Source: Vermamoeba vermiformis
Lineage: Eukaryota
DNA length: 20,000 nt
Assembly (NCBI GenBank): GCA_045837725.1
Contig: JBEWZL010000087.1
Location: 119,358-139,357 of the forward strand
Reading direction: 5' to 3'
Positions within the stretch are counted from its first letter, which is position 1; each line of letters starts with the position of its first letter. Shown piece by piece: positions 1-8,694 of the stretch. The translations under genes and the position numbers were made by a program. The notes under the pieces were generated by a model that was not told the origin of the DNA, did not search any database, and saw nothing but the letters and a program-made list of their open reading frames with translations.

Positions 1-3000
1 TTTTTGTTGCTGAATATCGATCAAGACCAGGTCTGTAATTAAACATTAAAATAGTTAGAGAAGAGCGCGAGGGATTTCAGGTGATTACCGAAAAACACTT
101 AAAGATTGCATACTTGTATTGTACTAAATAGGGTTAAGGGTGCGGGGGTCATCAGAGAAATTTCTTCGAATTTATAATCTTTTGTTTAATGCGTACCCTT
201 AAATACGTATGCTAGTAACTGAAACGAACAAATCAAAAAAAAAAAAAATGATCCCAAAATATCACGTGATTTTTAATGCCTAATTTGAACTTACTGTCGC
301 CAGTGACCACGTGATTTTTGTCCAATGAAGAGATTTTGTACGAAGTCGATGCTTGTGGCAATAGAATAGATCCCGTAACTTTGGTCTGGGACATAATATT
401 CACCATCGATTGGCTTCCTAAAATGTGTGCTGCAACAATCGGATCACGTGATGCCGAAGATTCGACGAAACATGCGTCCATAAATGTAGGACATTGAATC
501 AATGGTGGTTGTTCGTTAGTATCGCAGTTCCAAAATTGAACGCCGCCTGATACATTCCAACAGGCCCAGTGTTCGGAGAGTGTCATGTGCCACGCCACAC
601 GATCTGTTATTAAATCTCGCTTGGTGCACTTTCCAGTGATCCAATTCGACGCCATTCTAAATCAAAAATAATAAATCAATCAAAAGCGACCAAAAGATGA
701 GAGATTATTAAAACTACAAATAAATAACTTAATGACACTAAATATAGCAATTAAATGAAGCTAAACGAGATTCCAATGCCAAACGACGTCATTTAAAGTG
801 ACAAATGTCAAAGTGTCATAATATGTATATAAAAAGATTGAACCAATATCAGTATATAATCGGATCAATTAAAATAGGTCTCTTGTCTCTGACGACCCAA
901 TAGGTCGTAAGTGTCAAAAATGTCAAAGTGTCATTTTTCCACAACGTACCGTGAATTCGAATGCACAAGATTCTTCCAGTCATTAGCGCCGCTTTGATTG
1001 TACGCTGAAAACTTCAGCTCGTTGAACGTATTTTGAGCAACATTTTTCCATAATAGCGGTGACGAATGCGTTGAGTACTTTTCACGCATTGCTTTTGAGA
1101 GCGAAAACAGTGCCATAACCTCTTGCAAAGATAAATAGGCTGCAAATAACGCTAATATATCCATAGGCAGTTGATCGATCGGAAATTGACCGATATTATT
1201 TTTCTTATTTGCATTTGCTATTCGATGTTCAGCTTGCTTTTTTGCCGTGGCAACTTTCTTTTGCTGTTTTCCATAGACTAAATCAAAATATGAGCAATCG
1301 CGGTTTAAAAAAGTTTTGTCAATTCCAAGAAAATTTATGAAAATTAATTTGTACTGCTGACATTCAATACTTACATGATTCCAAGTCTCCCAAATGCAAA
1401 TTTTCCGCGCCCAATTCTTTCAAGTAGGCGCATAAAAAAGTATTGCTCGGAATTTTCAAAACGTCCGCGATTGGTCGGTTTTCCGCGACCAGGATCTCCA
1501 AGGCTTGAGCGACTTCTACGATTTCAAGAATTAGCCGTTCAATTCGATCTATCTTCATAGTATATATATAATTTGAATTTTCTTGCCTGGGAATTGCAAA
1601 CTCATGTGTAATTTCTCGGCTCGTTGCACTACGCGGCTCAAATTATCATTGCTGCGAAAATTCGATTAGTTACGTAAGAGTCGATCCTCGTATATATGTG
1701 TAACTATAATCTTACTGCAAGAAAAATTTGAGCAATTTCTTCTTCGGCAACAAACCGGAAATGTCGCGCACTGAGATCAGATCCGCTAAAGTTTTGCCGG
1801 ATTTGGTTCGGACTAAAATTAGGATTAATTTCCAATCTTTTAAGGTTAATAAATATATCTTACTTCCTATAATGTCTCCTAACTTCGGTTTTGTTTGTTT
1901 GATAAATCTTCTGCCATTGTTCTGATAAAAATAAAACACTGGTGGAATTCCTTCAGGCCCACTTGACGTAAGTAGCAAATCACGTGCGTTTCGCAAGATG
2001 TATTGAAGCAATTGCCTCTTCGTATTGGCAACGATTTCCTTACTCTCCAGCAACACAGTGATTACGGTCTTATCTAAAAAAGGCAAGTTTCAGTGAACGG
2101 ATCTTGTACGAGAGCGATGCGGATCCAAACGTGGCATATACTAATAATGATTTGAATAATACGTACGCTCGTGATTTTTCTTCCGAATATCCGCGCCAAG
2201 TTGCGTCAACAGAATAAACAGGCTGGGATAATTAACTGCAGCGAACAAACTCACGCAGCCATTATTGTAAGCTTCAAAATACGCCTTCATTCGCTCTTTT
2301 AATATTGGTTGATATATTTTGTTTTGTAACGATCGAATTTCTCGCTCTTTCTTGTATAACTTTACAATACGATCTGTTGAAAAGAAAAATGAGGAAGAAT
2401 TAGCGGACTAATAACTGCAAGACTCCATTTTAATATTATGCTTACATATCACTTTAGCCCAAGAAGCTTCATTAGCCTTATTTGGAGTGAGCTGAGCTGC
2501 CCCGCATTCAAAATCAACGATAACATGAGCGCAAGTCCAGCTTGAGTTCAAAATCGCCTATTATTTCGTATTAATATCGTTCGTATAATTTAATATCGAC
2601 GTACGAATTCTAGAAGGTTAGATCCGTCAATTGGGCTGACGCAAATATTTTTTAACGCATCTGGAAGTTGTTGGAGAAGAGAAATCAAAGAAGCGTGATT
2701 ATTTTGCTTTATAATTTCTAATAATAATTGCCGCCACTCTAACGCTGATCTTGTTTCAAGCGACTTGCCGTCAAGACCTAAAGACTAAATTAATATTTTG
2801 GTAATTAGTAATTTAACGTTCTTTAATTAATTCTCATATATTTTGGGTCTTTTGAATGATTGTATTTAATTCGGTAAATAAAAACTGAAAATCAATCCAA
2901 GTCGCATACCTTGTGCCAGCACGTTAGCCTCCAATCTACAAAACTAGCTCGCAAAATGCTAACGAATATTATTGTCCAAGAAAAATAGGGAACGACTCGC

Positions 3001-3059
3001 TTTGTTGCAGTTCTGCGGTCGGCGAAATGAATGAAAGCTACATCATTAAAATTTAACAT
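1..3059 (-). CDS. Multi-exon protein with N-terminal ankyrin-like repeats, a central F-box and a C-terminal WD40-like region; 3' end runs off the window
   Basis: Phase-consistent exon chain on the minus strand: 3059-2910 (tentative), 2784-2605, 2557-2446, 2373-2167, 2073-1716, 1651-1587, 1548-1375, 1277-950, 656-295, 32-<1. Ankyrin-like motifs: DGSNLLEFAILNSSWTCAHVIVDFECGA and LFAAVNYPSLFILLTQLGADIRKKNHEHKTVITV. F-box: IDQLPMDILALFAAYLSLQEVMALFSLSKAMR. It is followed by WK...SNWITGK and VVTGDNLVLIDI, typical of F-box/WD proteins. The first exon and the GC-AG intron 1586-1549 are the uncertain parts. Confidence 0.7.
796..934. repeat. 17-bp perfect direct repeat AAATGTCAAAGTGTCAT (803-819 and 918-934) inside an intron
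   Basis: Read directly from the sequence; both copies are preceded by a similar AAGTG(A/T)C segment. Lies within intron 949-657 of the F-box gene. Confidence 0.8.
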
Positions 3060-3096
3060 TTTTAAAACTTAGTAAACACGAAAGAGCATACATAAT

Positions 3097-4137
3097 ATGG
3101 AAGACGAGTCCATATCAGTAAAATTTCAGGAACTCACGACCACTGAAATTGAAGCACGAGAAAGGATAGCTCTCATTTCCGATCCCAGCGCAAAACTTAC
3201 AGCTAAAGAAGTACAAGACAAGAATACCGAGGTCAGAGATATTATTGCAAAATTAGAAAAAGATGTTGATGTAAGTACGCCCTGAATTTGCAAGACCAAT
3301 TTTTCATTAAAAAAATAATCTTCAGAAAATTCATTTTAGGCTCCTAATTAACACTTTGTTACTCATACGCCTAATTAATAATGCTAAAATATATAGGGAG
3401 TTAAAAGAATGGCATACGAAAAAGATCTAGACGTCGCCGCAAAAGCTGACGTCAAATCGAAATTAGCCCGACACGAAAAAGAAATAGTAAAGTACGATTA
3501 ATAATGATTCGATATGCGTTCGTTTGCTAATGCGCATTTAGCCTTAAAGAAAGCCTAAGGCAAGCCAATATCAAACATAAATTCTCGCTTCAAAAGCAAG
3601 CCTCACAAGAGCGAAAAATGCTATTAGAAGGCGGTGAAAAAACTCTCCAAAAGCGCAAGATTAGGTACGAGTACTTTAGAAGCTCATTATTCCATAAACT
3701 CTTGATCTCTCGGACTCATCCGGTTTCCTCTAGGAGCAAAGAAGATGCTTTAAAAACATCAGAAGACGTTACAAATAGCTTAAGACGAGTACGGGAGCTA
3801 ATGAGTAGTCAAGTCGATCACGGAAATGAAATTGTGAACGAGTTAGGTAAGACCTGCTGACCACCAGTTTTACTACGTCAGATCTCACTTCCAATGACTT
3901 ATTTTTCATAACTTAGATGGCCAAGTTAAAGTCATCGGCAATGTTATTAATGAGCACGAGCAGCTTAGTGAAGATTTGCAGGTTGCTAAAGGATCCATAG
4001 GAAAACTTTTCAGGAGAGAAATTACCGATAAGATGCTGATGTACTTTGTGGTCGGCTTCTTTATCTTCGTTTGCTTGTATATACTTAAAGTTCGACTAAG
4101 AATAAGCTTTGGATGGTTCTGGGGCATTTTTGGTTGA
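3097..4137 (+). CDS. SEC20: Sec20/BNIP1-family ER SNARE (241 aa, 5 exons)
   Basis: Exons 3097-3270, 3397-3491, 3542-3664, 3734-3846, 3917-4137, all GT-AG and in phase. SEDVTNSLRRVRELMSSQV...LFRREITDKMLMYFVVGFFIFVCLYILKVRL matches the Sec20 coiled coil, the RRExTDK motif and the C-terminal transmembrane anchor. Confidence 0.92.
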
Positions 4138-4159
4138 ATAAAGTTTGACCGATCTAACT

Positions 4160-4228
4160 TTATTTGTTTTTCTTCTTATTCTTGTTCTTATTGTTCTTCT
4201 TTTTCTTATTGTTATTATTTTTCTTCTT
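4160..4228 (-). repeat. Low-complexity AAN-codon tract encoding a Lys/Asn tail (KKKNNNNKKKKNNKNKNKKKNK)
   Basis: Run of AAG/AAA/AAT/AAC codons on the minus strand at the end of the Pkr1-like CDS. Confidence 0.8.
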
Positions 4229-4708
4229 GCCATCTGCTGTTTTAGCGGCATTTGCTGATGTTAGCTCGTAGACAAACCTTCACACGAATAATTAATAATC
4301 GGGTGATTTTGGAAAACGCCAAAGAATATTTATGACAAGTTAAATAGCAAAAAGTTAGCTTCTATATATTAGTATGAACGGCAAAAATATTTTTGGAATT
4401 TTCTGTGCCGTCAGTTTAAAGATCTATCGTGACACAAACGGATCTTACCATTGAACGCTTATAAACAATAATATTGCCAATGTAAGCATGATATATAAAT
4501 GAATTGATCGATAGCCAGTGAGGATCATGCTACCAAGAATTAAAATAAGGCCGATCAAGCTGACGTTGATCACGAGGATCAACTGCGACGGGATCTGACC
4601 GGGTTGATAGATACTGTCAAATATAATCTCCCAAAAAGTTTTGTTTTCATTCGATACTGTCGTTGTAGGAGCACTTTGGCTCTCGTCGTTTGTGTTAGTG
4701 TTGTCCAT
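4160..4708 (-). CDS. PKR1: Pkr1-like ER V-ATPase assembly factor (125 aa, 2 exons)
   Basis: Exons 4708-4449 and 4277-4160. FWEIIFDSIYQPG..SQLILVINVS...SIHLYIM...VQWFVYEL follows the yeast Pkr1 pattern (LWESVFEPG.SPQLII...S...NIHF...WFINEL). Two transmembrane helices and a C-terminal KKxx (KKNK). Confidence 0.85.
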
Positions 4709-4861
4709 GGCTGAAAAATTCTGACGAAGATCCACAGACGAATAAACTTCTCCACAAGCGTTATAGTATCACAAGCTGTTACTATATTAAGTGATCATTT
4801 ACATTTATTGTTATTATTATTATTTACGTTTCATACAAGGGTGATACAAAATATTATTCGC

Positions 4862-5782
4862 TCATTCGTTCTTGGGCACTCCAAATGCGTAGAACTTGCT
4901 AGTGAAACTGCCTGAGCCTCCATAGTTCTCCAACTATACATGCAAATGATAAGTATCGATATCGGAGTTAATGGTCACCGAACGCTAGTACGTGACACCT
5001 ACCACAATGTATTTAACGTATCGAGCAGTCACGGGCTCTTTTAAGGTAAACAAGTGATCACCAGCACGGTGCTCGATGTCTTCTTGCAAAACTTGAGTCC
5101 AATTCTCTTTATCGTCCGATACTTGGACTGCAATTTCTACGCAAAAGTCATAGTTAGAAATAACGTTTACACGACTGACTGTGCGTTCTTACTGGCTGGA
5201 TTTTGATTGTTTTCACCGTGCAAATAAATTCCTAGCTTGTATAATGTGGATTCAGCACCGAGCTTGAATATAATCCATTGAGGGACTGTCCGCAAGAGAT
5301 AGTTAGAATCGGGTTACGTGGTGCACCTATTGCTATTTAATACGTACATGAGGCTTTGACGTGAGTAAACCATACTTTGGAAGTAACTCTATCGAGCAAA
5401 TTCAATGCACGTGACTCGTGGTGGCTAAACAACGCGATCAGTTAAACGATCCAGATGCAACTTGATAGAAATTGATTGAATAAATATTTAAAATAGGATA
5501 GCATTTAATTTATAAAATATATTGCCTATTCGACTGGTTCTGCAAATTTATTTCAGCGAGTGATTAAATAAAAATAATCTTATTGATAATTATCCGAGCT
5601 ATTAAGCTTCGTGCTTCTTATAATGGAGTAATAATAATTTCAGTACGTCACAGAAAGTATTATTTAATTATTCGTCGCAAGTGGCCAACGAGCAAATCCA
5701 CTCGATCGTATGATAAGACTTACTATTGACTTGAAAAAGAGTCTATTTCCGCACCGTTCTCAGCAACACATAAATTCTTCAT
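4862..5782 (-). CDS. Small stand-alone galactose-binding-like (F5/8 type C / discoidin-fold) domain protein (144 aa, 5 exons); absent from the ORF track
   Basis: Exons 5782-5724, 5424-5348, 5285-5193, 5136-5003, 4933-4862 give MKNLCVAENGAEIDSFSSQYHHESRALNLLD...VWFT...FPQWIIFKLG...IAVQVSDDKENW...PVTARYVKYIVLENYGG...FYAFG. The PQWI, VSxDxxNW and ARYVK motifs are typical of this fold. Confidence 0.85.
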
Positions 5783-6244
5783 TATTGCTATTTACACAGA
5801 TGCTACGTGTTGTTACAGTTCAAAAAAAAAGTTTGAATAGGACAGAACAGGCGGGAACTATTCGAACAACTTTCAATGAACCAAAACTCATCCATATGGA
5901 TGCAATAAGTACAAAATACATAATGGGACATATATCAGGCAAGAGAGAAGAGAATAAGCAAAGGCGTAGCGGTAATTGGAACCGTGTACTGTACTGCCGC
6001 GGTCTTAAGAGTAAGTCGCCTCACATCCTTTTCCTGAACAGCTTTTGTACTTAGTTCCGGCTACCCAAACCCACGCTGTTACAAGTAGACAGCGGGCCAT
6101 CTGATAAAGCCATCTCGCAATCATAAACACGGAGGGTGGGACAACTCGATTAACGAAATTTGCCTCCAAAACGAAAAAATGAGGTCCCAGCACGTAGATA
6201 AGCAAAAAAAAGGTGGAGCCAGAGGCGCAGAAGGGCTAAAAAGC

Positions 6245-6254
6245 AAAAAAGAAA
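6245..6254 (-). terminator. Pol III oligo-T terminator of tRNA-Val copy 1
   Basis: TTTCTTTTTT immediately 3' of the tRNA on the minus strand. Confidence 0.7.
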
Positions 6255-6328
6255 TGGTTCCACTCGGAATCGAACCGAGGACCTACTGCGTGTTAAGCAG
6301 ATGTGATAACCAACTACACCATGGAACC
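6255..6328 (-). tRNA. trnV-AAC: tRNA-Val(AAC), copy 1
   Basis: GGTTCCATGGTGTAGTTGGTTATCACATCTGCTTAACACGCAGTAGGTCCTCGGTTCGATTCCGAGTGGAACCA has a 7-bp acceptor stem, A and B boxes and anticodon loop TT-AAC-AC, and is followed by a T-run. Confidence 0.97.
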
Positions 6329-6959
6329 TTGTTGGTGCGAAGCCGCGGAACGAAATTGACTCGCCCGCAAAAATCGAACCAGGCGTGCTGCAAGGCTTAT
6401 AGCGATAGGTAAGTACTGTTATGTTCGCCCAATGTTCCACGGAGTTTTGCAGAGATTGTCTGTTCTTCTTGCGTTGGGGTGAAAGTGCGGGCAAGATTTC
6501 GCACACTCGAGAAGTGCAAACAAAAAGAAAACGTCGATTTCTATCGCTTAGATCAAGTACGAGGAGGCGCTAGGCTTCGATCAATGCAGAATAGGATTAT
6601 AGTTGTGAACTGCTCCAAGTATGATAGATATTATTTTTAATATATTCGTCGCTAGAGCTCGTAGTACTTCGCACTTCGTGTTAGGCTGATTGCCGACCCC
6701 TCAATTTGTACTGACTTGTTCAGGTTATTACCGACAAGCGATCATATCTTCGCTCTCAGCACAACGCGCTAGCAAATATTCCCATCGTAGCAGTGATAAG
6801 CACGAGTTAGATGGCAATTAGAAGCTTGCCAGTTTGGTCCAGTGAGATCATAATTGATAAAAATTTTAAAGTCAATCAATAATGTTCGGACACAAAGAAT
6901 ACGCAAAAAAATAGTATCGCACAGCATCTATATACAAGCACAATAAGGCAAAAAGCAAA

Positions 6960-7033
6960 TGGTTCCACTCGGAATCGAACCGAGGACCTACTGCGTGTTA
7001 AGCAGATGTGATAACCAACTACACCATGGAACC
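6960..7033 (-). tRNA. trnV-AAC: tRNA-Val(AAC), copy 2, identical to copy 1
   Basis: Same 74-nt sequence, the same 5' flank CAACAA, and a downstream TTTGCTTTTT terminator. Confidence 0.97.
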
Positions 7034-7174
7034 TTGTTGCTTTTAGCCCTACTTTTGCCTTGCTCCCGTGCGCGAGGGTCTCTGTTAAACAAGCTTTATC
7101 TCGCTTGCTGCACTTTTTACAACGAGTAATGAGGTATGCTTAGTATCTCCTTACTATTTAACCTTGGTGGGCAC

Positions 7175-8409
7175 TTAGCGCTTCTTCTCCAAATAGACAA
7201 CAAACTCTGTCAACGATTGCAATTGGTCAATTCCGGCTGTCTTGGCGTGAGACTTGTCAACCCAGTGCGGCACCAAGAAAGCTCCGTCTTGAGTCCAGCC
7301 ATTCTCGAGGCAGACTGTTATAAAATTTGTTAGATCCGCGTGTCAAAAGTAGATGCGACACTCGTGCTGTGAGCTTATGTGCGACTTAACAAATCGTTAT
7401 GAGTTACTTACATTTAGTGGCGTCAGCAGGTGTCAAACCCAAGAAAGTAGCAGCAGACTCGGGAGCGATGGTGGTGTAGTTCTTTGACAAAAGCTCAAAA
7501 GTTTGTTGTCTGACACGGCCTGGCAACAAATTTGAGCGTTAGGCGCGTTATCGTCGATAGAATGCACGATCAATGGCTGCAAACAAGCAAAAACGTACCT
7601 AACAAAAGTTCACCAAGTGTTTTGTTCAAAGGCTCCCAACCGTGGCTAAAAGCTTTGTAAAGTTCAGCGTACTCGCGTTGCCACATGCATTTGCCGATTT
7701 TCCAAACTGCTTGCAATTCAGCATTGTTCTTCTTAAGGTCGTGGGGAATTCTCTTCCACAAAAAGCGAGCTGAGTCCCTGCATGCCAAGTATTAATATAA
7801 AATAATCTATCACAACGAGAATAATTCATAACAAAAGGTATCCTTAATTTAACATCAGTAATACAAAGGCCAATTTGCATCTGGCGCCCGCAGAGAAAAT
7901 GCCAGTTAAATTTAGACAGCCAAGAAATTTGAATTATTACTATTATAACTGCCATTTTCGTAAATTATAAGTAATTTCAAAAATATGCTATTGTGGATAG
8001 GAACGAATTTTTGACGAAGATCAGATTTAAATACAACGGCAATTTGAAGACTTCTACTTTGAATATTTGGTACTTACATTTCATTTTTAATCATATGCAC
8101 GAACAATTGAACGGCATAGAAGGGTTGGTCCTTGTGTCCAGGATCAAGACTAACCTTTATTTTTTAAAAATTATTAATTATTGTTCTTTAATGATTTCTC
8201 GTATAGTTGATGCATAAATAATTTCAAATAAATTAATTGTTGCGTTATTATCCAAAAATAAATAGATAAAGAAATTTTTTGGAATCGAATGCGTTTAAGA
8301 AAATACAAACCTCCAACTCGTAGTCCTCCAACAATTGAGACAATCGGTCCCACTCTTGTTTAGCAATATATGTTTGAATATTAGTCTCAACTGCAATTCG
8401 GCCTTGCAT
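7175..8409 (-). CDS. CSN8: COP9 signalosome subunit 8 (200 aa, 5 exons)
   Basis: Exons 8409-8311, 8154-8078, 7777-7599, 7519-7412, 7314-7175. Motifs EDYELE, ARFLWKRIP, ELQAVWKIGKCMWQR, YTTI...AATFLG...GW and C-terminal QLQSLTEFVVYLE match CSN8. Confidence 0.93.
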
Positions 8410-8694
8410 TGTGTATTGTTTGAAAGAAAATCGAAGAATAATTTTCAATTTGCCTAGCACACCTTAGCCGTCGTGCGCTAGGCCCCACGAGGTGTCAACT
8501 ATAGTTTTATCAATATATAGTCACTAGTCCTAAGGTTGAGGTGTAAACTAGCCTTGCCAAGTGCAACACTCGCAGCAACTGATCGAACTCGCATTTCTTA
8601 AACGACTTCGCAATTTACTTGAATACTACAAACGAACAAAATATTGTAGGCACTTTTAGGTACCTTTCTTTTTCTTAACATGCTATTGGGACCA

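Noticed and set aside
235..248. Poly-A run of 14 nt
   Set aside because: It is a T-tract within an intron of the minus-strand gene; no target-site duplication or retroelement body is present.
6372..6380. Extra B-box-like GGTTCGATT upstream of tRNA copy 1
   Set aside because: It lacks the terminal CC of the B-box, and there is no A-box or cloverleaf around it, so it is not a third tRNA.
6400..6416. TACTTACCT on the minus strand resembling the 5' end of U1 snRNA
   Set aside because: No U1 stem-loops (U1-70K or U1A loops) follow; it is simply the complement of a plus-strand AG|GTAAGTA donor-like site.
6150..6506. ORFs 6150-6506 (-), 6179-6412 (+) and 6005-6205 (-)
   Set aside because: The first two read through the tRNA gene and the third through its flank. 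None has recognisable protein features, so they are treated as spurious.
7838..7858. GTATCCTT, a U12-type 5' splice-site match
   Set aside because: It is on the strand opposite CSN8, inside an ordinary GT-AG intron, with no plus-strand gene to use it.
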